From assembly GCA_013239625.1 (NCBI GenBank), contig MU054391.1, positions 8,217,095-8,281,094 on the forward strand: a stretch of 64,000 nt of DNA, written 5' to 3'. Below the pieces are notes generated by a model. The model was not told the origin of the DNA. It worked only from the letters and a program-made list of their open reading frames with translations, and did no database searches. The DNA is from Lama guanicoe. Its lineage: Eukaryota. Made by a program: the position numbers and the translations under genes. Below, in pieces: positions 12,471 through 25,359 of this stretch (position 1 is the stretch's first letter; every line of letters begins with the position of its first letter).

Positions 12471-14396
12471 ATTATCACTTACAAATTACAGGGAAATAAC
12501 TAATAAAAACAGCAACTATTGAAACAGAAAAGAATGAAATTACAAATAACCCTAAGTACACCATGAGTGAAAACAAAACTAAAACAAGCCTATCTGGTTG
12601 GAGAAACATTGAGTTTAAAATCAGCAGAAACTAGAGATGAGCCACAATTCGCAACATACAATAGAGTTAGATCTTGATCATTTATATTTATGGAGGTAAT
12701 CATCAGAAATTTTTTAAAAGTTTTCCTATGAAAAGTAAGAAAGAGAATGAGGAGGATTTTGTGGTAGGGAATGCTCCTGTTTATCAAGAGTTCACCTGTA
12801 ATATTGTATTTCTATCGCACATCACCCATTAATCTGAAAGGAAACAACTCAGTTTTGGTATTTTACATATGCTAATGTCCCTTAGGTTGGTCCCCCTTTA
12901 AAATGTTATGACTGCAGAACACAGACTTACTTTAATGAACATTTTATATAATGTTGGTCAGCAAAATAGGAGGATATCAGGTATATTTCAGGAAACCCAT
13001 AGAGAATAAATTTAATTAAAACTCAGCTTAGATTAAATTGCACAAAGGCTGCTGTTCCTCTCTCCGTACCTCTGGGGCGTCCTCTTTCCAGTGAACTTTT
13101 AGTACATTTTTCTCTCTTTTAATCTGGACTGGCTTCTCTTTTTCAAGCAAGGTCACAGCCACCTTGACTTTATATGGCTTCTAGTCTTAGTGTTGAAAGG
13201 AATCTGTGCTTTAATACGACATGCCGTTTTTCTTCCTTCAGAGAGTTTCATTGTGATTTTTAATTTTTTTGACAATGTGAGTAATATCTTGATTTATTAG
13301 ATAACTTTGCTGAAAACTAACTTGACTTTTTTTTATTTAGTTTGGTGGCTGCGGACGTTATTTTGTGAAGGATGGTGTTTTTAAAATAAGGAGCTCTTTC
13401 AAAGTTAATATATTACCTAACTGGATTGTAATTGTTAAAGCATCTAGGTTACCTTTCCCACATATTGATTTATTCAGTGGAATCTATATAATAAATACTC
13501 AAAAAGCCAACCTGAACAATCATGCCCAGCATTCTGTATCTTTGCTAAATAATGGTGTAAACACGTTGAGTCTACTGCGTGCCACGCTTGATAATAAAAC
13601 AATGCAGCTTCCGCAGTGCTCCCCCTGGAGGAGGCCTGTGGAAGTGTGCTATGAGATTCGGAGGTCTTTGTGATAAGCATGAAGGTGTTTTAACTCGAAT
13701 ATTAACTTTTGTACAACCAATGCCCTAATTTTCACATCAGATACTTTATCTACCAAAGATCATTTTAGTAGTGGGCCACAGATAGCATACTTGAACCAAA
13801 AAGCTAGTGTGATATATTAGCTGAAGATAGGTCTATAATGCGTCAATTTATGCTTTATTTGATATAACTATACTTGTTTCTAAGGTGATTTGAGAGGTTA
13901 AAGTTATTTAATCTTGCTTTCATTTGTACAGCACAGAGTTAGGCAACTGCATTTGTGTTGCCTCATAGCCTTGAGGTGATGATGGAACTGAAATCATACT
14001 GGGGACTTCCAGGTTCAAGACAATGGAAGCTTATGCCTAGGTCTTTTCCAAATATTTTCTCCAAAAACCAGTACAAGATAACAATAACGGGAAAATAAAA
14101 CTACACAAAATCCATGTCTCTGAAAACAAACTGCCAAAACTCCAAATATTACAAGTAAAAAGAGAGAAACTATAGTTCTTTTGTTCCCGATATTCCCAAT
14201 TTTCTTTTGGTACATCTTCCTTCTATCTGCGATTCTTCTTTAGCATTTCTTTAAAAAAAAAATGTGTGCTGGCACAAATGCTAGTAGTTTTGCTTCATCT
14301 AAGAATGTCTCTTTTTTATGAATTCATAACCAGTATGGCCACTGAAATAGAATTTTGAATTGCCAGTTTCTTTCCTTTTTCACTTGGAATATTTTT

Positions 14397-14790
14397 ATGC
14401 CATTTCCTTTTGTCCTCTCAGGCTACCATAACAGAATACCACAGAGAGGGTGGTTTCACGATAAAAACTGATTTCTCGTAGGCCTGGATGCTGGAAGTCC
14501 AAGATCAAGGCGTGGGCAGGGGCGGCTTCTGATGGGGCCTCTGTCCTCGGCTTGTAGGCCCTGCCTTCTCGCTGTGCCCTCACATGGCCTTTCCTCTCTG
14601 CACACACTGCTGTCTTGCTGCTTCTTCTCACAAGGACACCAGTCCTGCTGGATTAGGATCTCGCCCTTATTAGCTCCTTAAAGGATCTCTTTATTTTTAA
14701 TTACCTCCAGAAGGCCCTGTCTCCAAGTACAGTCCCATTGGGGGTTAGGACTTCAACATATAAATTTGCAGGGAACACAAGTCAGTCTAA
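14397..14790 (-). mobile_element. MLT1A/B-like MaLR solo LTR
   Basis: Antisense MaLR text 'ggctaccataacagaataccacaga', 'ctggaagtccaagatcaagg', 'gggggttaggacttcaacatataaattt'. Confidence 0.85.
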
Positions 14791-16149
14791 AAAAATTCAG
14801 AATTCTGGCTTCACTCCCAACATTCCTATTCCTATTTACTTGTCAGAGTCCTGAAATAACTACTCTGCGTGTGCTACCGGGCTTTAGAGTAGTGGTCCAC
14901 GGGAGGGCCACGGTAGAGGGGGCTTTCAAGAATAGCGACTCCTTTCTCTTCCTTTTCAAAAGTGTTTTTATATTAGGGGTATTGGCACTGTATCCGTGAT
15001 GTATGTCATAAACGTTTTCTTCCAGTTTGTCATTTGATTTTAAATTTTAAAAAATGTTATGAGAAGACAGCACTGGAACTGACATGATTTAGTGTCATTT
15101 ATGTGGGTGACCCATGCAACACCCTGATATCTCAGTTGCTTGACCTGTTGAACTCAAATTATCTTTTCCTTATCGCCCATGTCAGCCACATCCTCCTGTC
15201 ACATCCTGGGACCAGAGCTATGCACACTCCAAACTCTTGATTTCAAACATCATATTATGATGATCACCATCTATAGCCCACTGATTCTAGTTACACTATC
15301 TGTCAGTCTTCTGACCTAAGTGAGACATTTATTCACTCACCTGTTGCTAGCTCTGTTTGATTTGTTTTTAAAAGTGTATCGCCCCTTCCCCATGTCAGCA
15401 CCTGTCTCCTCTCCTGACTTGGGATGACCCATCGCTCAGCACTATAATCGATTCTTCTCAAACAGTCTCAACTTCCTTGTCTTTCTCACCACAAAAACCA
15501 CCCCTCTGCTTAAAACTATCTGCTTCATTGTTTGAATCTCTCTTCATATTTATAACCAAAGATTTCAAACCATCGTCCAACACAAGACAAACCTCCTGTA
15601 CTTCCCTGGGACACTTCCTGTTCCACTTCCCAAGACATCACTGTATTCTTACTCCTCTTTCCTCCAAACCTCAGCAGCACTCCCCAACCCTCAACACTCA
15701 CCGTCAGCTAACAACTCTGATTCTAACTTGTAGAGAAGCAGCCGTGATCACATTAAAATACCTCCTCGTTACCACCAGCGTTTCACTCTGCTACCCACCC
15801 AGTCTGAATATACATGTCCTTCTGTTACCCAAACTGTTTACTCTTTACAATAAATAAAACATCTTTGAAGGTAGGACCTTTTGTCTCTCTTTTTTTTTTC
15901 CAGTTTGTATTAAGATGCTTGTCACATCATCAGCTTTCATTGTTTCTTTGTTTTGTTTTTTTGTTTTAGCTCTTGTAATCAATGAGTGAGAGGTTACCAG
16001 CAATATTTGACATAAATGACCATCCTCTTTGTCCTCAACTCCTAAGGCTTATTTGATCCTGTACTTTTTTGCATGCTTCCTTCTTTACATTCATTGGCTC
16101 TTTCTTTTGCAGCCTCCTTCTTTCCTATTAAACTTTTCCAATACATACA

Positions 16150-18020
16150 TTTAACTTCTTTACTATTGGAAAGTCTGTTTTTGAATAATACTACATAGTT
16201 CATGCCCTATGTTAAAAGCTTACAAAAGTATACTTTAATTTTGACCTTATTCTGTTACATCTTATAAACAGTTAATTCATTTTTCTTATTTTTGTTTAAA
16301 AGAATCACCTATCTTTTATAAAAATTCAGAATAAAAATAACATCTTCCACAATTACTCACTTATTTCACATTTTTGGTAATCTTCATTTTGACTGACACG
16401 TCCCTTTGGCATAATTTTTTCTCTTCTTTCAGAGTTTCCTTTTAAAATTTTTTGTAGTCCAAATCCATTGGTAATTAATTATTTCAACTTGATTGGTCTG
16501 AAAAAGTTTTAATTTATTCCTTCAATTTGGGAGACATTTTCTCAAAGAGTGTAGCTTGAAAGTTTTTATTTTTATTTTTAAGAATTTAAAGATCTCTCTC
16601 CATTTACTCCTGGCTTGCTTGCTTATGAAAATAAGTCTGTTGAAAGAATTCTGAAGAAGCTTTATATATTTTTGTATGTAATATTTCCTTTATTCTACAG
16701 AATATTTATGTACAGACATATAATTAATCACTAGTTTTCAGAAACTTAATTATTATAAACTTTGTTGTGATTTTTAAAAAAATCTCTTAGAATTCACTGA
16801 GTTGCTTAGAACTTGGGGTTTAATTTTTTCATCACATTTGGAAAAAACTGTCCATTATTTATCTAAGTAATTATCTGCTTCTATTTTTTGAGATGACAAT
16901 TTTATGTGTGTTGAATTACTTTATATTTTCCCATAGGTATTACAGTTTTTTGTTTTTCAGTCTTTTAACCTTTATTTTTGTACCTTATTTTGTGTGGCTC
17001 TGTAGAATGTTTTCAAGTTCATTAATATTTCTTCTGTGGGGTCTAATCTGCCATTAATGTCATTTGGGATATTTTAATTTCAGATATTGTATTTTTCTTC
17101 TCTATGAGTTAAATTTCAATCTTTATATATTTTCCATTTGTTTTCTCATGTTCATATTTTCTGCATTTTCTTTATATGGCACCTCATTTATAATGGTTGT
17201 TTTGTGGCTTAATTTTAGTATTTCTGTCATTTCCGGATCTATTTCTATTGATCAAGTTTATTCAGCTTGTGTTTTATATTCTTCTGCTTCTTTGCATGGC
17301 TGATAATTTTTGATGGGATGCCAAACATAGTGAATTTTTGTTTCTGGGTGCTGGATTTTGTTTCTTCCTTTAAATAGGGTGAGGCTTTATCTGTAATATA
17401 GTTAAACGATTTGTAATTAGTTGGATCATTTTCAGACTTTAAAGTTTGGTTCAGATTTTAAGGTTGGAGTTTAGTCAACTCTAATAAGATGACTGTCTGA
17501 TGTCTGCGGATGGCAAAGTCTTTGCCTGCTGGCTGCTGGGAACATGAATCTTTCCAACCCAGTGTGAGCTGCAGGAATCTGAGACTCATTGCATTCTGGC
17601 AGCTCTTTCCCCACCCTCAGAGAGTTTCAACTCATGCCTGTGCATCCAGATCATGCCATTCAGCCAAGGTCTCAAGGAGACCCTTCTGAAGACTTGCAGA
17701 GTTCTCTTTCTGAAACACTCCTCTGCAGTACTCAGCTCCACCAATCCAAGCTGCCTGTCTCCCCGAAATCCAGCCTCTGCCTTCTCAGTTTGGCAAGACT
17801 TCTGGGCTCTGATTCGAAACTGCTCCCAGGTGGTGAGCTGGGGGGAGCTGCAGGCTTCGGGTCATGGGTTTCCCTTTTCTTAGGGATCACATTTTTGCAA
17901 TCAGACACTGTTCTGTGATGTCTGAAAATGGTTGTTTTGTATGTTTTATACAGTTTTCTTGTTATTTGTGGCAGGGTGGCAATTCCTGTAACAGTTAACC
18001 CTTCACGGGCAGAAAAGGAA
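16150..18020 (-). mobile_element. Ancient L1ME-type element (5' region/ORF1/inter-ORF), antisense
   Basis: 'ttcttctgtggggtctaatctgccattaat', 'tctgcttctttgcatggctgataatttttgat', 'ttagggatcacatttt' resemble antisense L1ME text. Confidence 0.65.
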
Positions 18021-18762
18021 GTTCTCCTACCAGACCTCTAAATGCTGGAGTGCTCCAGAGCTGTGCCCTTGGTCTCCTCTCTCTACTTTTGTTTTATACT
18101 TTCTCCTAAATGATCATATGCAGCTCACTTACTGTAAGTACTATTTATATACCCATGGCTCAAGTGTGTATTTCCAGCGCCCAGACTTTTCTCTCTGCCT
18201 CGTTATATTCAACTGTCTACTTGACATCTCATTTATTAACCCTCTTGGGATTACCCTGACCATAGTAGAACTATTGATTCCTTGGCCTGCAGTAAATTGA
18301 ACCACCACTCACGCAGACATTCAGGCCAAAAACCAAAGTGTCATCCTTGATTTCGTTCTTTCTTTAACCCTCACATCCAATGCATCAATACATTCTGAAG
18401 CCTCTGTCTCCAAAGTATATATTTCTTTCTGCCATTTCACCGATTTCATTGTTACAGACTTAGTTCAAGCCAAGAAAATTAATCAGATACTGTCACTCCC
18501 CTCCTTAAAATCCTCTTTTAAAATATAATGAAGTAAAATGTTTTTACCATGCTTTATAATGTCCTCTCTGATGACTTAATCCTGTTCCTTTTACCCACCC
18601 ATTTACTGTGATCAAGCCACACTGTGCTACTTTCTGTCCTTTGAACACAAAGGTTTGCTCCCACCTCAGGGACTTCACACTCACTCTTCACATTCTTCAA
18701 GACCCCTCTAGGCTTTGGCATGACAACCGTCAGGGGACCACTTGTGTATATGTGCATGGGCG

Positions 18763-18793
18763 TGTGTGTGTGTGTGTGTGTGTGTCTGTGTGT
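18763..18793. repeat. (TG)n microsatellite, one interruption
   Basis: Direct reading. Confidence 0.95.
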
Positions 18794-21700
18794 GCCCATC
18801 TTCCCTATGCAGAAGTTGAAAGAACCCACACCTGCCAACAATACCACTTCTGTCGTCTCTACTTGCACTGCATTTATCAGTGCTCCCTTTTGTGTTCATT
18901 TGCCTGTTTATTTTCTCTTTTCTCCAACCAGAATGAAAATCCCTCAAGTGTTGAGATGATTTATTTTACGAATCAATGAATTGTCACAGCTTAGATGAGT
19001 GCCTGGTACATAGTAGGAACTAAATTCATACTTACTGAATACATGAACACGTAAGTAATATATTTTGTTGTAAATATAATATCTAGCTACCGAAAGCACT
19101 TTAATATAAAAAAAAAATCTGTCTTGTGGTGGGGGTAAGAGTCGTGTCAGAAATTTTCTGTTGATGTACACAATAATTTTTCAAAGAGATGTTATTTTGA
19201 CTTTTGATTAGGAATAAGCCAGGAAAGGAAAAGGCCTTGCTTCACTCAAACGAGTACAACAGAGAGAAGAGCCTTCGTGATATTGCTGTATTTAAAATGT
19301 AAAGAGACTTATTAAATGGACAGTGTATTTTCCTCCCATTATTTCCTGCCCTACAGCATCACGATAGAGACTAAAGAATAAAGACCTTTCAGGGATGTCC
19401 TCAAAAGAGTATTTTATTCACATCTGTTACACAGTAATCCCACGTTGTAGCAATTTGAGAGATGAGAGTACTTTTACCACTCATTTATATAACTTATATA
19501 ATTTTCATTAATTTGTACACTTTCTCTCCACTCCTACATATTTAAGACTGAGTCTGTCATGGGCTCTGTATTGAACTGCTTCTTATTTTCACATTCCCTT
19601 GCTGTTTTAATCCACCAAACTGTCCTTTGTTTGTTCAAATCATAGGCAAGGTGGCAAGGTTCTGAGTGAAATGGGAAGCTTCAGTGCTTGACTGTTTTAT
19701 GACTTAGATAAGTTTCTTGATATTTCTAATGGGGATGCTTACCAAGTGGCAACCTCAAATGAAATGAGTGAGCGTTACACAAGTGAACCAAGCCACACTG
19801 ATGCAGCCTTTTCAAGTAAAATGATCTTCCAAAACAGCACGAAAGAATAGGAGGTATTCTCAGAAGTTTAGAGGGATGTTTTTTCCCCACAACTGTACAA
19901 CTTCAACTAATCCACCATGTACGTTGAAATACAACCTATCATAGTAGGAAGAACTTAGACTTTGGAGTTAGGAGAGAAAGTCAGGATAAGACATGGAGAT
20001 TTGCTACCCTTAGAATTTAATCAAGTAGTGTAATTTCTTCAAGCTCCAGTTTATATACCTGTGAAGTGTGAGACAGTATCTAGTTCATCGCATTATGAAG
20101 ATGAAATGAGTCAGTGGGGAGCAATCAGAAGAGAGCCTGACACACAGTTAAATAATCAATAAAGTTATCTATATTTATCATTCCTATTACTATCTGTCAA
20201 GAAATTTTAAATGCCTACGTTGTAATACTGTTGTGTGAAAAACAGAGAAGCATACATTATTGGGTATATAGTAAAACTTCTGTAAAAAAATCAATTTTTA
20301 TGGTACTAGTCAGGGTCGGAAGAAGTGTTTCAATAAACAGCATTACAGATGGAAATTTGTATCTTTTCCTGCTTAAAATTTTACCTTTTCCCCCTGTTTC
20401 CTAATAATAAGTTTCCTTATACTATTGCTCCTAAAGGCAGTCATCTCAGGCATTCCAAAAATATTCATTCAACAAATGTTTACTAAATATTTATTAACCC
20501 AATATTTATGTATATATTCATTCATCTTATTTTTGTTTATATAACTATTCATCTGTTTATTTTTTCTTTCAGCGCATACTTATTGATTTGGCGATTTATG
20601 CTAGAAATTAGGAGGGGCTAGAAATACCAAAAAGAACAAAAAAGTAAATAGCTCTGGCTTTACGAATTTTACTCCAGAATGAGATACTATCTTTAGCTCT
20701 GTCTGGTATTGAAAAGGGGTAGACTGGCAAATGATTGAGAATGCTACACTGGATAAGATGGTCAACAAACATCTTTCTTTGATAGTGGTATATGAGTGAT
20801 AATCTAAATAAAATGAAAAAGATGATTGAGACGTGGTCCCAGCCTGTGGTCTGGTGGGAAAGACAGGCATGCAGAACAATTATTCTCTCTGGGACAATTT
20901 CTGTGACAGAATTTTAAATGGAGAGTTTTGACTGAGATGCCAAGATATGATACACATGAGATCTCAAATGAGTTGTGAGATAGATCAAAATGCAATTTTC
21001 AAAGGAAATACGTAGTAGCAAGTTTTGAAAGTCCTTAAACCTCTCACTCATTTCAAGGATGGGGACATTTTTAAAAACACTATGAGGATGATTTTAGGAA
21101 GAGGAATTTCATAAACTATTATGGAGATGCTCGCTAAGAACTCTGGGTAAAGTATCAAAAACTGGGCTTTGAAGGATAAGTAGTTTTTGCCTTGTTGCTT
21201 TATAAGAAGGCAAGAGACAAGGAGAGAAAGGACATTTCAAATTTAAGTAATGCAAAGCCAGTCATATATAAGAATTAATTATTTTGTAATAATGTTATCA
21301 GGTATGAGGTCCAGGGCATCAGAGGCTGAGGCCTGAATGGGAGGTTGGGGTCATATTGGAAGGAGAACAGAAATTTGAGAAATTCTATCTATAATTTATA
21401 GGACACCATTAACAGTTAGTTAGTCATGAGAGTAACAGGACATTTCAGGATATGTAGCAAACCCTTGGGGATGGTGGCGCGAACTTAAATATCCACAGAG
21501 CTTCAATATTCTCCGTAAACTGAACATACTAAATTGGACCTTCTGAATTCATTTTTTTATTGTTTCTCTTTCAGCCACATTTACCTAATAAGACAGGCTT
21601 TAGGGATTTGGAGCAGATATTGTAGGCTTTCTCATGAAATCTGCAGAATGAATGCTGAGGTCTACTAATGCACTAGACTTCAATAAAGATGTTAAAGCAG

Positions 21701-22706
21701 GGTTTGTGGTGGGCACTGCATTATCGCACCTTGCCTTTTGCTTCAAGCAAGGAGTTTTCTTCATATTTCTCACTTAAAATATAATAACATTAAACACTAC
21801 ATGACCATGGAGGGCACTGCACAGCTTAATACTCTTTCAAAGACTACAGTTCCTAGGCAGTTTTGAAGCATCTCAGTTCCTCCTTGGCTCAGCTTTGCCC
21901 CCACGAATTCCAGCCAGCTCGGCAGCTCCAAACATGGACCCCTACAGCTCTCTCCCAGGAGGTGCCTGCTCTGTGTTTGGCTCTCCTTACTTGTGCCATG
22001 GTCTGGAACATGCATGCAGGCAGAAATCTAGGATGCGTGTAGAATTTATCTTGCATATTCCTTTAGGATCAAGCTATACACTTTCTATGTGTCCTGTCCA
22101 GATTTACAGTTGTTAATGGTGGGACAGTCAATCAAATACCTTTTACACCACCACAGCCAGGTTTTAAAAATTCTTTTGAACATAGTGATTATAGTTATTT
22201 GAAAATCTGATTCTGATAACCTAAATATCTAGAGTTTATGTTTTGTTTTGTTTTGTTTAAATCCATGTGTTCTTGTCATATAATGAGTCTGGATTTTATT
22301 TTCAATGTATCAGGTATTGAATTTGCCAAACTTTTGTAGAAATAACTCGAGAGCTAGGATAATGTGTTAATGAGGAATTGCATGTGCTTTTGCTAATGCC
22401 TGACATTCATATTCAAGGATCTTCCTAATCCACTTTCATAGACAGTTTCAAGTTGCACAGCAGTCTGTGCGTGTTTCCATCCTGGTTCTTTCTTCCTTTT
22501 AGGAGGAGACGTTGGTTGTTTCAGTGTCACATGAAGAAGGCTCTCTAAGGCTGGCCATTCCCCAAACCGTAGAGGGAGCTGAACGCCAATCCCTTAGCTC
22601 TTAACCTGGAGACGCTTTAACAACCAGTCTCGGCCTCTAGACTCTCAGGTTCCCTGCTACACTTGGCCTCTGAGATAAAAGCAGATCCCCAGACTTGATG
22701 CTACTC

Positions 22707-23070
22707 TGCCGTTGACTGAATACCTGTGTTTCCCCGAAATTCATTTATTGCAATCCTAACTTCTGATATGATGGTATTAGAAGGTGGGCCTTTGGGGATT
22801 GATTAGGTCATGAAGGTAGAACCTTCATGGGCGGGATAAGTGCTCATATGCAGGAGACCCCAGAGAGCTCCCCCACCCCGTCTCTCATGTGAGGACACAG
22901 GGGACAGATGGCTGTCTGTGAGCCAGGAAGCGGGTCATCAGCAGAGCTTGGCTCTGCTGGCAGTCTGATCTCATACTCACAGCCTCCAGAGCCATAAGAA
23001 GCACATTTCTGCCGTTATAAACCACTCGGTCTATGGTGCTTTACTGCAGCTGCCTGAGCAGATTAAGACA
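22707..23070 (+). mobile_element. MLT1A-like MaLR solo LTR
   Basis: TG...CA ends; 'tgatggtattagaaggtgggcctttggg...gattaggtcatga', 'cagcctccagagccataaga', 'gcagattaagaca'. Confidence 0.85.
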
Positions 23071-23785
23071 CACCCTGGGACTCCATCCTTGAAGAATTCT
23101 ATCCCAGTAATTCCTGACACTGTTATTTGGTCTTCAGCTCACAAGCAGATAGTTTTTAAATTTGCCCCCATTTTTTTTCTTCTAGTTAACTAGCTTATTA
23201 GGATAGGTGCATATCATGTGACCTGTCAATTCTGCAAGCTGAGTTATCCTGAGATAGCTTATGTTAAATATGAATACGAACATGAGGGTTCCTTGTTTAA
23301 ATCTATTTCATTATTTTCTATTGCTTTTACAACGAAGACCAAAATATTTAGTAGACCTATATAACTTTCCATGCTCTACCTTTGCACATCTCACCAGCTC
23401 TATTTTCTGTTACTCTCTGTCTCACTTTGTGTGGTTTAGCAACACAGGTCATCATTCAAGTCCTTAAAATAACCATGTTTCTTATGAATAGGGCCTGCAC
23501 ACACAGCATCCTCTGTGCCTGGAATGTCAACCTCTTTTTCCTCTGTGTAACTGATTACCGTTCATCCTTCAGATGCCAGAATAGACTACTTCCTCAAAGG
23601 CGCCTGACCTCACCCCCTAGATCTCCTGGTTACATCCTCTTACATAGCCATGCGTTTTGTTTCAGAGCACTTCACAATTGTGGGATTTTGTTTAGAATAC
23701 TGTCTTCCATGCTAGAGGCATGCTCTGAACCCATTTATTTGTTTTTTTACTATCATGCATAGAGCTCAGTATAAAACCTGTCCTT

Positions 23786-24091
23786 CACTATGAACTCAAC
23801 TACAAAACAGAAACAGACCCACAGACTTAGTAAACAATCTTATAGTTCCCGGGGAAAGGGGGTGGGAGGGGATAAAGCTGGGAGTTTGAGATTTACAAAT
23901 GTTACCACTATATATAAAAATAAATTTTAAAAAGTTTCTTTTGTATGTCACAGGAAACTATGTTCAATATCTTGTAATAACCTTTAATGGAAAAAATATG
24001 AAAACAAATATATGTATGTATATGCCTGATTGGGACATTGTGCTGTACACCAGAGACTGACACATTATAATTGACTGTACTTCAATAAAAA
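23786..24091 (+). mobile_element. 5'-truncated lineage-specific L1 (3' UTR only) with poly(A) and TSD, inserted in an L2
   Basis: L1 3' UTR with G-tract 'ggggaaagggggtgggagggg', AATAAA and A-tail; TSD aaaacctgtcctt (23773-23785) / aaaaactgtcctt (24092-24104). Confidence 0.9.
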
Positions 24092-24814
24092 AAAAACTGT
24101 CCTTAGCAAATGATCAGTTCATATTTGCCTGATGAATGAATGGACAAACTGTCATATGCAGTGAATAAATGCCCTAGCTCAACAGAACTTCGACAAAATC
24201 TAGTAGTAATAACTGATAATTAAGGGTTATTTTGGTGCTATTTTGCATATTTTAACATATTGATAGTATGTTGTTGGAATACACTGTCCATTTACTTAGC
24301 AAGCAGATGAGCAAAGTATATAAGAGGACAGATTTTATAGCCTACCCACCTGGCTCACAATCCCACCTCAACATTTTAGGAGCTTCATGATGTTGGACAA
24401 GTTAGCAAACCTCCCTTTCACCTCAAGTTTCTCGTCTGTAAACTGGGTATAAGAGTATAGTTCTCACACGATTGTCAGCAAATCCAATATAAGTTAAGAC
24501 ACGTAACGTGCTTAGAACTGTGTCTGGCATACAGTAACAATCGACATTTAACATTAATTGTGGTTTTTTTCACTAATGTTGATGACATTGTCATACATCT
24601 TACATCTTCCAGGGTAAAATCACTTTTCTGATAGAGAACTCTTTTCTTTTGGGATAGTATGATAGAGACTTTGAAAAAGTCAGAATTATTATTAAAATGT
24701 TTGATACTTTTTAGGCCATTAATAATCTATTCTAAAATTGTGTCCTCAGACGTACACTTAGAGCAGAACAGTGATTTTTGTATAACGTGGTTCATCGCAG
24801 CATTATTTATAACA

Positions 24815-25359
24815 TTTTTACTAGTTTTCTCTTGTGGCATAGCAATACTATCACATACTTAGCATGTGTTTATTATCTCGCTGGTTCTGTGGGTCAGGAG
24901 TCTGCATGTGGTTGAGCATGGCCTCGTGTAAGGCTGTAGTTGAGTTTTGGCCAGGGCTGGGTTCTCATCTGAGGCTCAACTGGGGAAGATCCGCCTCTAA
25001 GCTCACACATTTGGCAGCATTCAGTTCCTTGCAGACTGCCGGTCTGTGGCTCTGACATCTTGCTGGTGGTCAGCCCAAGGCCACCTCATTGTCTTGCTAT
25101 GTGGCCCTCTCCATTGTGCAACTCTTAGCACGATAGTTGGCTGCTTCAAAAGTAGCCAGAGAATTTTCTAGCAAGATAGTTATTACATAATATCTATTTT
25201 ATGTAACATAATCTCATGCCGTTTTCTATGCTGCATTCTATTGGTTAGAAGCAAGTCACAGGTCTTGCTCACCCTAAAAGGGAGGGAGTATTTATTGAAA
25301 GGTGTGAACACCAGGAGATGATGTTTTTAGGGACCACCTTAGAGTCTGTGACAATCACA
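24815..25359 (-). mobile_element. MLT1D-like MaLR solo LTR
   Basis: 'ttctgtgggtcaggagtctg', 'tcatctgaggctcaactggggaagatcc', 'attctattggttagaagcaagtcacaggtc'. Confidence 0.8.

Larger units (their letters stand above)
15080..19045 (+). mobile_element. Long L2 LINE remnant split by a nested L1ME insertion (about 16150-18020)
   Basis: C/T-rich L2 text on both sides ('ttcaactgtctacttgacatctc', 'tcatccttgatttc'), ending 'gtgcctggtacatagtaggaactaaatt...tgaatacatgaa'. Confidence 0.65.

Noticed and set aside
15477..15857. 126-aa ORF
   Set aside because: Lies in a degraded L2; non-ATG start and no splice context.
18554..18979. Overlapping ORFs with HTHTHT/CVCVCV runs (also 58936-59226)
   Set aside because: Produced by (TG)n microsatellites inside L2 or L1 remnants.
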